Positions 1 through 13,494 of a DNA stretch of 64,000 nucleotides are shown one piece after another (within the stretch, counting starts at the first letter, position 1; each line of letters begins with the position of its first letter). The translations under genes and the position numbers were made by a program. The stretch is from Balanoglossus misakiensis. Lineage: Eukaryota > Animalia > Hemichordata. Below the pieces are notes generated by a model. It was not told where the DNA came from, did no database searches, and saw only the letters and a list, made by a program, of their open reading frames with translations. The DNA lies in NCBI GenBank assembly GCA_040954595.2, contig CM082590.2:6262001-6326000 (forward strand), written 5' to 3'.

Positions 1-204
1 ATAATCGGAATATCGTACTGTAACGTTTTGACTAAATCCTGTTGTTTCTAGCGATGAAATTGAAATAAATTAGGAACCAAATAACACGTGTTCAAAAATG
101 GCCACCAATCTTTGTATCAACTCCTTAGAAATGAAAACAAGATGGTGAATACCCAGTTTTCTATGTATAAAAAACTCCCCACTCACTGTAATACAAAAAC
201 TATA

Positions 205-597
205 ATGTACGTTCAGTAAATTTAAAGTATTGTCGTTTCTTTTGTTTGTAGATTTTTGGATTCACCTTTGTATGTATAATAATAAAGGAGTCACCACGCT
301 TGTTTTTAAAATTCAGAGCCATGAATTTAGTCGATAATAAAAGAAAACTGCTGACTCAGCATTGTTCACCAATGGTTTGTGTATTGGCAAAATATTTAAC
401 GAAGTTTATCTCAAAATGAAGTGCGGTGACCATACGATTTTATTTGACCATTGAATTTATTTTACTTGATTGAGCTTTGTGTAAAATTTCATGTAAACGA
501 CAATAGTAGAAGTATGTTTTCTAGCAATTATCAATTTAATCCTATGGAGAAAAGCCGAATGCGCACATTTTCTAGTTTATGTTCTGCGCGTACACCC
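205..597 (-). mobile_element. Degenerate Kolobok-like MITE (family A) inside the tandem unit; further copies at ~4855-5239 and ~9556-9939
   Basis: Reverse complement of the complete TTAA-GGATGTACG...CGTACATCC-TTAA element at 39624-40039 and 55767-56180. Shared segments include GCTGACTCAGCATT..CACCAATGGTTTGT and GTTCTGCGCGTACA.CCTTAA. Confidence 0.8.
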
Positions 598-939
598 TTA
601 AAGGCTTGGGGGATACAACCTGACTGAAAATATGTCCCCGAAGAGCATACTACCTTAAGGAGCTGGTGCAAAGAAAGCCCTAACCCTAACACTATTCTTT
701 GATGCAATTTGAAATTTCGTTATCTATTATTATGAATATTTCCACGTCCTTCTGTTTATTATATTTTTAAACTGTGTTATTTCCTATAGCGTTTACACAA
801 AAATCATGAGAATGTTACCTCTATCTGAATCTGTTTCTGAATTGTTAAAGTAATTTTCAATGTTGTTTCTTAACTTGAAATGACGTCTTTAGTAAAATGG
901 TATGTTTGCGCGGTTTTTATTATTCTGCCCTATATCCAG

Positions 940-1910
940 AACACGTTGGGTCACTTGAGGTCATCCGTTGAGCAACATGCTGAATGCCATTTGGAGCTAT
1001 CTGTTCAACTGTAAGCATGGGAATCGCTTGGAACATCCAGCGAATCGATTGTTTAAACAATTAGTGACTGTTCCGTGGTGCCTTGTAAGGAAGCGATCTG
1101 AAATCCCTGACCAAAATTAGACATACACGTCAGACATAAGCAGATATTTGCAATTCAGCATTTCAAGAAAAACGGCTTGTCAATGTTTGTAACGTGTATC
1201 TATCGTCGCAATGATTTTCTATTGGTATTTTAGATGTAACGATTTTAAAGTAGTAAATTATATTATGCCAGATCAAACAAATTAAGTAAATCTAAAAAGT
1301 ATAAGACCATTTAGACTATTTGATGAACATTTACCATTTTGCATAGCAATGTGTCATGTGAGAAACCTTTAGGAAAACCTAACTGTGAATCACTTACAAC
1401 TTGTCTGAAGAACCCATGCAAATTCTTATGTACATGTTCCTTGGTAATTTTGAGAGGATAGGGGAACACACACAAGCCTGGAATTTCCAATATGTTGTTT
1501 GGACCGAGACTCTCAACAAATAGAAATTGTTCTTTTATATTTGACTGCAATCTTTTTATATGTACTTTATAGCACGGCTTCAGATTCTTCGTGCAATACT
1601 TATACGTGGGTGTCTAGAGTTCAAAAATGAAATATATAAGTATATATAAAAGTTAGTGGAGCTGGGCGCTATGTTTCAGGTAGTATTTAGTTGGGGCAGG
1701 ATTCATATTAGTTGTTTGTCCTGGCCTGCAGTCGTCTGAGTTTTAATCATTAACGCTGTCCACTGACTTGTTACTTATGAAGTTCCACACTGCATGCTGG
1801 TCTCTAGGTTCCTGCCGTTAACATATCAGATCTAAACATCAACTGCGCATGGGCATACCACCGTGACTCCTTCACCTCCCGAGGGACTCAAGCCATTCCT
1901 TTATTCCAAA
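940..1910 (-). pseudogene. Highly degraded L2/CR1-type LINE ORF2 relic (reverse transcriptase, possible APE fragment); repeated in each tandem unit
   Basis: Minus-strand peptide LKITKEHVHKNLHGFF..VSDSQLGFRKGFSHDTLLCKMVN (copy at 6000-6185) resembles the non-LTR RT motif SKILEKHVH..L...SDSQ.GFRKG.S.ET.L..MVN. Downstream QMAFSMLLNG*P resembles the L2/CR1 C-terminal region. Many stops and frameshifts. Recognised by eye. Confidence 0.5.
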
Positions 1911-4900
1911 ACTGATCAATATTTACTGTTGTACAATGACATTAATTTAGTCTTTTTTGTTGGATTGTTAGTGGGGCATTTTGAAGATAAAGGTAGACCC
2001 AATCTAAATTTAGCATGTTAACTGACAATATGTATGATAATATAAAGGTTACCACCCGTTAGAGAATGACGTCACCACCAACACACCAGGCTCAACGTGG
2101 CACATAGGGTGTGATGTGTCCAAATGTCTAGTCATACCAGGATCGATCTGAGTGCATTCTCGCAACAACTAAACATGACTGTTATAAATATACCATACGC
2201 GCAGCATGCTTAACAGACGATCATTTAGGCAAAAAATGGAATGTTGACTCATATAGAAGATTAAGGTTTGAAACACTAAGTACAGAAATGGCTAGGACAC
2301 TGTAAATTGTGGTTCATCGGAAATAAACATTGTTTCCGTTGACTAAGCAAGAAAAGCTGAATTCTTAAATAGAATATTGCTTTTTCAAAATGCTGCTGTC
2401 AGTGGCGAGTTAAAATCCAATATAACGCCCATGCTAATCTTTACTTGTCGTTGAAGTGAGCACTGGGCCAGGTGTGAATGGGTGTACACAGTTGATCAAT
2501 CACTGTCCTCAGTATCGTACAGGATGACCCTGGAATTTGACCAAACTTAAGCACATCAAATACCTGTGTTGTCACCGCCGATATTTACCAAGTGTTGTCT
2601 GTGTGATAAACATTTTTAGAGATAAACCGGCCACACTCGTCGAATATTCCTTTTGGTGATATCTCACAGCAGATACGATAGAACCAAAGCTAATACTACT
2701 GTAGATGGAGTTTATCAATCACACCAAACAAACCTTTAGTCACTAAACTGTATGAACAAGTCATAGCTTGAGAAAAAACACCTGTTGAAAAACATACCTT
2801 TGCTACTGAGCAATTATTTTGACAACGCCTCTCTAAATATGGCCGACATATTGGCCAGGTATGTCAAATCAATAAGTCGCACTATTTTTTTCTGCTGCCG
2901 TACAAGAGAATCAATGAAATAGTCATAGATAATCAGACTATCGTTATGTGTTTCAGACATCCAAAGCTGTGAAAATGTGATGAAACAAACTTTACGGCAA
3001 TAATGTACGCGAATCGTACAGTCGTATTTAGGCGAATGCCGCACCATTGTTACCATGGCAGCGCACGACTGTTTAAGCAACTTGCATGTGCTTTTACAAC
3101 TGTGATCATGCCATGTCAGACGTGACCATTTTATTGTGGGGTGTTCTCTGGAGGTATCTCTGATTTTGACATCGCCCACACGTGTTCCCTACATTTCTCT
3201 TCCACGATCAGTGTACATCTTCCCATGGCGGCCTCAATCAAAAGGCAAAAAAAGTATCAGCAAAAATTAAGTAAATGTACAGGACGTTTCCAAAATGTGC
3301 TAAATTCATGGTTAAAACTATACCATTTGTTTTGATTTTCTATGACGCGAATTACTGAGATTTTGTGGAAGAAAATGTACAAATTTAGGTGACACATTGA
3401 TTTTTGCAGATTGTTTATGATAAAATTTAACCTCACTTTCAGAAAATAGTTAATATAACGTTAATATAACGCCCATGCTAATTTTTACTAGTCGTTGAAA
3501 TAATCACCAGGTCAGGTATGAATGGATGTACAAAGTTGATTAATCACTGTCCTCAGGATGACCCTGGAATTTGACCAAATTTAATCAGACCTGAGCGGGT
3601 GGTCCAGTGCGCTGCTCTCTTTTAAGGGTAACAATAACCCAGGAAAATATCCTTATAAAATTTGTCAGCGGACCCCCTACCAAACGTTATGAATAGAAAT
3701 TTCATTGTGATCAAACGATTTTTGCAAATGTTTTTTTTAAATGAAGTTTGAGAGTTGAAACCCAACAAAGCGCCGATCTTTACCAGTCATTGAAATCGGC
3801 ACCAGGCCAGGTATGAATGGATGTACATTCGGCCACTGTCCTCATGATCAGAAAAGATGAGGCTAGAATTTGATCAAATGTAATCTTATCAAATACCTTC
3901 ATTATCTCCTCTGATATTGACGCCAAATCATTCCATTCATCTGAAAGGATCATCACATTGTGTGATGAAGCCAGTTAACTACTTCTCTCTGCCACACAAT
4001 GTGTTTTGATCAAATCTATAGCCACTAAACATTATATGCATGAACTTGGCAGTGATCTTGATTTGCTTCAGGTGTTGTATGGTTGTATGACATAAATATA
4101 TTACATGTAAAATCATCATGTAAAATATCAGTTTTGCCTCCTAAGCCAATGATTAGTGTAAGTATGGATTACCCAGCAACCATTTTAAGAGAAAGGGATT
4201 TGTTGTTGATTTTACATTTTGAAATTTAACTTGCCCTGATAATTACCGACCATGGGTTAACTTAAAAAAGTTTGTACATCTATATGTACAATAGTACAGG
4301 ATGATTCTTAATACTTAATGTGGGTTGTTGTCTCCAATCCACAATGACACGTACGATTCTCATTTTCAATGAAGTGATCTCACTTAAGACCACGAATTAT
4401 CGTCTGAGTGATAAACAGTTTGACGTATAAGCTTAATTAATTAGGTGACACTCGTTGAATGTACCTGTTCATGACATCTTTGATATAGAATCACAGTCAA
4501 GATACTGTGTGTGGACGTTAATCTATAAGGCAAACAGACCTTCAGTCACTCAAGGTGACCTGACCGACATATTGTCGAGATATCTCTACTAATTATAGGT
4601 CGTACTATGTTCTGCTGCTGTACCAGAGAATCAACGAAATTGTGATAAATAATCGGACTATCGTACTGTAACGTTTTGATTGAATCCTTTTGTTTCTAGC
4701 GATGAAATTGAAATAAATTAGGAACCAAATAACACGTGTTCAAAAATGGCCACCAATCTTTGTATCAACTCCTTAGAAATGAAAACAAGATGGTGAATAT
4801 CCAGTTTTCTATGTATAAAAAACTCCCCACTCACTGTAATACAAAAACTATAATGTACGTTCAGTAAAATTGAAAGTATTGTCATTTCTTTTGATTGTAG

Positions 4901-7900
4901 ATTTTTGGATTCACCTTTGTATGTATAATAATAAGGGAGTCACTACGCTTGTTTTTAAAATACAGAGCCATGAATTTAGTCGATAATAAAAGAAAACTGC
5001 TGACTCAGCATTTTTCACCAATGGTTTGTGTATAGGCAAAATATTTAACGAAATTTATCTCAAAATGAAGCGCGGTGACCATACGATTTTATTTGACCAT
5101 TGAATTTATTTTACTTGATTGAGCTTTGTGTAAAATTTCGTGTAAATGACAATAGTAGAAGAATGTTTTCTAGCATTTATTAATGTAATCCTATGGAGAA
5201 TGCGCACATTTTCTAGTTTATGTTCTGCGCGTACATCCTTAAAGGCTTGTGGAATACAACATGACTGAAAATATGTCCCCGAAGAGCATATTACCCTAAG
5301 GAGCTGGTGCAAAGAAAGCCCTAACCCTAACACTATTCTTTGATGCAATTTGAAAGGTCGTTATCTATTATTATGAACATTTCCACGTCGAGAATTTTTA
5401 TTTTTTGTAGCGAGTGTTCGAGAGATAATTTATGTGGGGTGTATTCTGTTGATTATATTTTTTGAACTGTGTTATTTCCTATAGCGTTTACACAAAAATC
5501 ACGAGAACGCTATCTCTATCTGAATCCGTTTCTGAATTGTTAAAGTAGTTTTCAGTGTTGTTTCTTAACTTGAAATGACGTCTTTAGAAAAATGGTAGGT
5601 TTGCGTGGTTTTTATTATTCTGCCTTATATCCAGAGCACGTTTGGTCACTTGAGGTCATCCGTTGAGCAACATGCTGAATGCCATTTAGAGCTATCTGTT
5701 CAACTGTAAGCATGGGAATTGCTTGAAACATCCAGCGAATCGATTGTTTAAATTATTAGTGACTGTTCCGTGGTGCCTTGTAAGGAAGCGATCTGAAATC
5801 CCTGACCAAAATTAGACATACACGCCAGTCAAAAGCAGATATTTGCAATTCAGCATTTCAAGAAAAACGGCTTGTCACTGTTTGTAACGTGTATCTATCA
5901 TCGCAATGATTTTCTATTGGTATCGTAGATGTGACGATTTTAAAGTAGTAAATTATAATATGCCAGGTCAAACAAATTACGTAAAATATATAAGACCATT
6001 TAGACTATTTGATGAACATTTACCATTTTGCATAGCAATGTGTCATGTGAGAAACCTTTACGAAAACCTAACTGTGAATCACTTACAACTTGTCTGAAGA
6101 ATCCATGCAAATTCTTATGTACATGTTCCTTAGTAATTTTGAGAGGACAGGGGAACACACACAAGCCTGGAATTTCCACACACAAGCCTGGAATTTTGTT
6201 TGGACCGAGACTCTCGACAAACTAAAGTTGTTGTTTTATATTTGACTGCAATCTTGTTCTATGTACTTTATAGCACGGCTTCAGATTCTTAGTGCAATAC
6301 TTATACGTGGGTGTCTAGAGCTTAAAATGAAATATATAAGTATTTATAAAAGTCAGTGGAGCTGGGCGCTATGTTTCAGGTAGTATTTAGTTGGGGCAGG
6401 ATTCATATTAGTTGTTTGTCCTGGCCTGCAGTCGTCTGAGTTTTAATCATTAACGCTGTCCACTGACTTGTAACTTATGAAGTTCCACGCTGCATGTTGG
6501 TCTCTAGGTTCCTGCCGTTAACATATCACATCTAAACATCAACTGCGCATGGGCATACCACAGTGACTCCTTCACCACCCGAGGGACTCAAGCCATTCCT
6601 TTATTCCAAAACTGATCAATATTTACTGTTGTGACAATGACATTAATTTAGTCTTTTTGGTTGGATTGTAAGTGGGGCATTTTGAAGATAAAGGTGAACA
6701 CAAACTAAATTTAGAATTTTAACTGACAATATGTCTGATAATATAAAGGTTACCACCCCTTTGAGAATGACGTCATCACCAACACACCAGGCTCAACGTG
6801 GCACATAGGGTGTGATGCGTCCAAATGTCTAGTCATACCAGGATCGATCTGAGTGCATTCTCGCAACAACTAAAACGACTGTTATAAATATACCATACGC
6901 GCAGCATGCTTAGCAGACGATCATTTAGGCAAAAAATGAAATGTTGACTCATATAGAAGTTTAAGGTTTGAAACACTAAGTACAGAAATGGCTAGGACAC
7001 TGTAAATTGTGGTTCATCGGAATTGAACATTGTTGCCGTTGACTAAGCAAAAAAAGCCGAATTCTTAAATATAATATTGCTTTTTTAAATGCTGCTGTCA
7101 GTGGCGAGTTAAAATCCAATTTTACGCCCATGCTAATTTTTACTTGTCGTTGAAGTAAGCACTGGGCCAGGTGTGAATGGGTGTACACAGTTGATCAATC
7201 ACTGTCCTCAGTATCGTACAGGATGACCCTGGAATTTGACCAAACTTAAGCACATCAAATACCTGTGTTGTCACCGCCGATATTTACCGAGTGTTGTCTG
7301 TGTGATAAACATTTTTAGAGATAAACCGGCCACAATCGTCGAATATTCCTTTTGGTGATATCTCACAGCAGATACGATAGAATCAAAGCTAATACTACTT
7401 TAGATGGAGTTTATCAATCTCACCAAACAAACCTTTAGTCACTAAACTGTATGAACAAGTCATAGCTTGAGAAAAAAACAGCTGTTGAAATACATACCTG
7501 TGCTACTGAGCAATTATTTTGACAATGCCTCTCTAAATATGGCCGACATATTGGCCAGGTATGTCAAATCAATAAGTCGCACTATTTTTTTCTGCTGCCG
7601 TACAAGAGAATCAATGAAATAGTCATAGATAATCAGACTATCGTTATATGTTTCAGACATCCAAAGCTTTGAAAATGTGATGAAACAAAATTTACGGCAA
7701 TAATGTACGCGAATCGTACTGTCGTATTTAGGCGAATGCCGCACCATTGTTACCATGGCAGCGCACGACTGTTTAAGCAACTTGCATGTGCTTTTACAAC
7801 TGTGATCATGCCATGTCAGACGTGACCATTTTATTGTGGGGTGTTCTCTGGAGGTATCTCTGATTTTGACATCGCCCACACGTGTTCCCTACATTTCTCT

Positions 7901-10900
7901 TCAACGATCAGTGTACATCTTCCCATGGAGGCCTCAATCAAAAGGCAAAAAAAGTATCAGCAAAAATTAATTAAATGTACAGGACGTTTCCAAAATGTGG
8001 TAAATTCATGGTTAAAACTATTATACCATTTGTTTTGATTTTCTATGACGCGAATTACTGAGATTTTGTGGAAGAAAATGTACAAATTTAGGTGACACAT
8101 TGATTTTTGCAGATTGTTTATGATAAAATTTAACCTCACTTTCAGAAAATAGTTAATATAACGTTAATATAACGCCCATGCTAATTTTTTTTTTTTGCTA
8201 GTCGTTGAAATAATCACCAGGTCAGGTATGAATGGATGTACAAAGTTGATTAATCACTGTCCTCAGGATGACCCTGGAATTTGACCAAATTTAATCAGAC
8301 CTGAGCGGGTGGTCCAGTGCGCTGCTCTCTTTTAAGGGTAACAATAACCCAGGAAAATATCCGTATAAAATTTGTCAGCGGACCCCCTACCAAACGTTAT
8401 GAATTGAAATTTTATTGTGATCAAACGATTTTTGCAAAATGATTTTTTTAAATGAAGTTTGAGAGTTGAAACCCAACAAAGCGCCGATCTTTACCAGTCA
8501 TTGAAATAAGCACCAGGCCAGGTATGAATGGATGTACATTCGGCCACTGTCCTCATGATCAGAAATGATGAGGCTAGAATTTGATCAAATGTAATCTTAT
8601 CAAATACCTTCATTATCTCCTCTGATATTGACGCCAAATCATTCCATTCATCTGAAAGGATCATCACATTGTGTGATGAAGCCAGTTAACTACTTCTCTC
8701 TGCCACACAATGTGTCTTGATCAAATCTATAGCCACTAAACATTATATGCATGAACTTGGCAGTGATCTTGATTTGCTTCAGGTGTTTTATGGTTGTATG
8801 ACATAAATATATTACATGTAAAATCATCATGTAAAATATCAGTTTTGCCTCCTAAGCCAATGATTAGTGTAAGTATGGATTACCCAGCAACCATTTTAAG
8901 AGAAAGGGATTTGTTGTTGATTTTAAGATTTGAAGTTTAACTTGCCCCGATAATTACCGACCATGGGTTAACTTAAAAAAAGTTTGTACATCTATATGTA
9001 CAATAGTACAGGATGATTCTTAATGGGCTGTTGTCTCCAATACACAATGACACGTACGATTCTCCTTTTCAATGAAGTGATCTCACTTAAGCCCACGAAT
9101 TATCATCTGAGTGATAAACAGTTTGACGTATAAGCTTAATTAATTAGGTGACACTCGTTGAATGTACCTGTTAATGATAACATTGATAAAGAATCAAAGT
9201 TTAGATACTGTGTGTGGACGTTAATCCATAAGGCAAACACACCTTCAGTCACTCAAGGTGACCTGACCGACATATTGTCGAGATATCTCTACTAAGTAGG
9301 TCGTACTATGTTCTGCTGCTGTACCAGAGAATCAACGAAATTGTGATAAATAATCGGAATATCGTACTGTAACGTTTTGACTAAACCCTTTTGTTTCTAG
9401 CGATGAAATTGAAATACATTAAGAACCAAATAACACGTGTTCAAAAATGGCCACCAATCTTTATATCAACTCCTTAGAAATGAAAACAAGATGGTGAATA
9501 CCCAGTTTTCTATGTATAAAAAAACTTCCCACGCACTATAATACAAAAACTATAATGTACGTTCAGTAAAATTGAAAGTATTGTCATTTATTTTGATTGT
9601 AGATTTTTGGATTCACCTTTGTATGTATAATAATATAGGAGTCACCTTGCTTGTTTTTAAATTTCAGAGCCATGAAATTAGTCGATAATAAAAGAAAACT
9701 GCTGACTCAGCATTTTTCACCTATGGTTTGTGTACAGCCAACTATTTAACGAAATTTATCTCAAAATGGAGCGCGGTGACCATACGATTTTATTTGACCA
9801 CTGAATGTATTTTACTTGATTGAGCTATGTGTAAAATTTCGTGTAAATGACAATAGTAGAAGAATGTTTTGTAGCATTTATTAATGTAATCCTATGGAGA
9901 ATGCGCACATTTTCTAGTTTATGTTCTGCGCGTACATCCTTAAAGGCTTTGGGAATACAACTTGACTGAAAATATGTCCCCGAAGAACATACTACCCTAA
10001 GGAGCTGGTGCAAGGAAAGCCCTAACCCTAACACTATTCTTTGATGCAATTTGAAAGGTCGTTATCTATTATTATGAACATTTCCACGACGAGAATTGTT
10101 ATTTTTTGTAGCGAGTGTTCGAGAGATAATTTATGTGGGGTGTATTCTGTTTATTATATTTTTAAACTGTGTTATTTCCTATAGCGTTTACACAAAAATC
10201 ACGAGAACGCTATCTCTATCTGAATCCGTTTCTGAATTGTTAAAGTAATTTTAGTGTTGTTTCTTAACTTAAAATGACGTCTTTAGAAAAATGGTAGGTT
10301 TGCGCAGTTTTTATTATTCTGCCCTAAATCCAGAGCACGTTGGGTCACTTGAGGTCATCCGTTGACCAACATGCTGAATGCCATTTGGAGCTATCTGTTC
10401 AACTGTAATCATGGGAATTGCTTGAAACATCCAGCGAATCGATTGTTTAAATGATTAGCGACCGTTCAGTGGTACCTTGTAAGGAAGCGATCTGAAATCC
10501 CTGACCAAAATTAGACATACACGCCAGACATAAGCAGATATTTGCAATTCAGCATTTCAAGAAAAACGGCTTGTCACTGTTTGTAACGTGTATCTATCAT
10601 CGCAATGATTTGGTATTGTAGATGTGACGATTTTACAGTAGTAAATTATAATATGCCAGGTCAAACAAATTACGTTATTGTAAACACTATAAGACCATTT
10701 AGACTATTTGATGAACATTTAGCATTTTGCATAGCAATGTGTCATGTGAGAAACCTTTACGAAAAACTGTGAATCACTTACAACTGGTCTGAAGAACCCA
10801 TGCAAATTCTTATGTACATGTTCCTTAGTAATTTTGAGAGGACAGGGGAACACACACAAGCCTGGAATTTCCAATGTGTTGTTTGAACCGAGATTCTCAA

Positions 10901-13013
10901 CAAACAGAAGTTGTTCTTTTATATTTGACTGCAATCGTTTTATATGTACATTATAGCACGGCTTCAGACTCTTCGTGCAATACTTATACGTGGGTGTCTA
11001 GAGTTCAAAAATGAAATATATAAGTATATATAAAAGTTAGTGGAGCTGGGCGCTATGTTTCAGGTAGTATTTAGTCGGGACAGGATTCATATTAGTTGTT
11101 TGTCCTGGCCTGCAGTCGTCTGAGTTTTAATCATTAACGCTGGCCACTGACTTGTAACTTATGAAGTTCCACACTGCATGTTGGTCTCTAGGTTCCTGCC
11201 GTTAACATATCACATCTAAACATCAACTGCGCATGGGCATACCACAGTGACTCCTTCACCTCCCGAGGGATTCAAGCCATTCCTTTATTCCAAAACTGAT
11301 CAATATTTACTGTTGTGACAATGACATTAATTTAGTCTTTTTCGGTTTGATTGTTAGTGGGGCATTTTGAAGATAAAGGTAGACGCGATCTAAATTTAGA
11401 ATTTTAACTGACAATATATATGATAATATAAAGTTCACCACCCCTTACAGAATGACGTCATCACCAACTAACGAGGCTCAACGTGGCACATAGGGTGTGA
11501 TGCGTCCAAATGTCTCGTCATAACAGGATCGATCTGAGTGCATTCTCGCAACAACTAAAAACGACTGTTCTAAATATACCATACACGCAGCATGCTTAAC
11601 AGACAATCATTTAGGCAAAAAAGGAAATGTTGATTCGTATAGAAGATTAAGGTTTGAAACACTAAGTACATAAAAGACTAGGACACTGTAAATTGTGGTT
11701 CATCGGAAATGAACATTGTTGCCGTTGACTAAGCAAGAAAAGCCGGATTCTTAAATAGAACATTGCTTTTTTTAAATGCTGCTGTCAGTGGCGAGTTAAA
11801 ATCTAATATAACGCCCATGCTAATCTTTACTAGTCGTTGAAGTAAGCACTGGGCCAGGTGTGAATGGGTGTACACAGTTGATCAATCAATGTCCTCAGTA
11901 TCGTACAGGATGACCCTGGAATTAGACCAAACTTAAGCACATCAAATTCCTGTGTTGTCACCGCCGATATTTACGAAGTGTTGTCTGTGTGATAAACATT
12001 TTTAGAGATAAACTGGCCACACTCGTCGAATATTCCTTTTGGTGATATCTCACAGCAGATACGATAGAACCAAAGCTAATACTACTGTAGATGGAGTTTA
12101 TTAATCTCACCAAACAAACCTTTAGTCACTAAACTGTATGAACAAGTCATAGTTTGAGATAAAACACCTGTTGAAAAACATACCTGTGCTACTGAGCAAT
12201 CATTTTGACAATGCCTCTCTAAATATGGCCGCGACATATTGGCCAGGTATGTCAAATAAATAAGTCGCACTATTTTTTTCTGCTGCCGTACAAGAGAATC
12301 AATGAAATAGTCATAGATAATCAGACTATCGTTATATGTTTCAGACATCAAAAGCTTTGAAAATGTGATGAAGCAAACTTTACAGCAGTAATGTACGCGA
12401 ATCTTACAGTCGTATATAGGTGAAGGCCGCATCATGGTTGCCATGGCAGCGCACGGCCGTTTAAGCAACTTGCATATGCGTTTACAACTGTTATCATACC
12501 ATTTTATTGTGGGGGTGTTCTCTGGAGTTATCTCTGATTTTGACATCGCCCACACGTGTTCCGTACATTTCTCTTCCACGATCACATGACATTTTGATAA
12601 AACAAAATAAGTAAACGAAGTGTTAAACCTTAAAATAGTTTTATAAAATATGTCAGTGGACATCTTCCCATGGCGGCCTCAATCAAAAGGCAAAAAAGTA
12701 TCCGCAAAAACTAATTAAATGTACAGGACGTTTCCAAAATGTGCTAAATTCATGGTTAAAACTATACCATTTCGTTTGATTTTTCTCTATGACGCAAATT
12801 ACAGAGATTTTGTGGAAGAAAATGTACAAATTTAGGTGACACATTGATTTTTGCACCTTGTTTATGATAAAATTTAACCTCACTTTTAGAAAATATGGCA
12901 AGTTAATATAACGCCCATGCTCATTTTTACTAGTCGTTGAAATAATCACCAGGTCAGGTATGAATGGATGTACAAAGTTGATCAATCACTGTCCTCAGGA
13001 TGACCCTGGAATT

Positions 13014-13494
13014 TGACCAAATTTAATCAGACCTGAGCGGGTGGTCCAGCGCGCTGCCCACTTTTAAGGGTAACAAGCAATGCGCCGGAGTGATAGCACA
13101 CGACTGAATCTTTCAATCTACCCAGGAATGTGACCAAATTTAATCAGACCTGGGCGTGTAGTCCAGCGCCCTGTCCACTTTTAAGGGTAACAAGCAATGC
13201 GCCGGAGTGATAGCACACGACTGAATCTTTCAATCTACCCAGGAATGTGACCAAATTTAATCAGACCTGAGCGGGCGGTCCAGCGCGCTGCCCACTTTTA
13301 AGGGTAACAAGCAATGCGCCGGAGTGCTAGCACACGACTGAATCTTTCAATCTACCCAGGAATGTGACCAAATTTAATCAGACCTGAGCGGGCGGTCCAG
13401 CGCGCTGCCCACTTTTAAGGGTAACAAGCAATGCGCCGGAGTGATAGCACACGACTGAATCTTTCAATCTACCCAGGAATGTGACCAAATTTAA
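13014..13494. repeat. Minisatellite, 4 x 117 bp
   Basis: TAATCAGACCTG starts at 13024, 13141, 13258 and 13375; copies are nearly identical. Confidence 0.95.

Larger units (their letters stand above)
1..13076. repeat. Large tandem repeat (macrosatellite or tandem segmental duplication), unit ~4.65-4.70 kb, about 2.8 copies
   Basis: The phase marker ATAATCGGA.TATCGTACTGTAACG occurs at 1, 4649 and 9350. The same short ORFs recur (1311/6000/10719; 2814/7514/12082). The third copy diverges at ~13076. Confidence 0.95.

Noticed and set aside
678-690. CCCTAACCCTAAC telomere-like motif in each macrosatellite unit
   Set aside because: Only two units; too short to call an interstitial telomere.
13014-13494. 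Regular repeats as a possible CRISPR array (also 14985-15515 and 54090-54680)
   Set aside because: Units repeat in full with no unique spacers, the context is eukaryotic and there are no cas genes.
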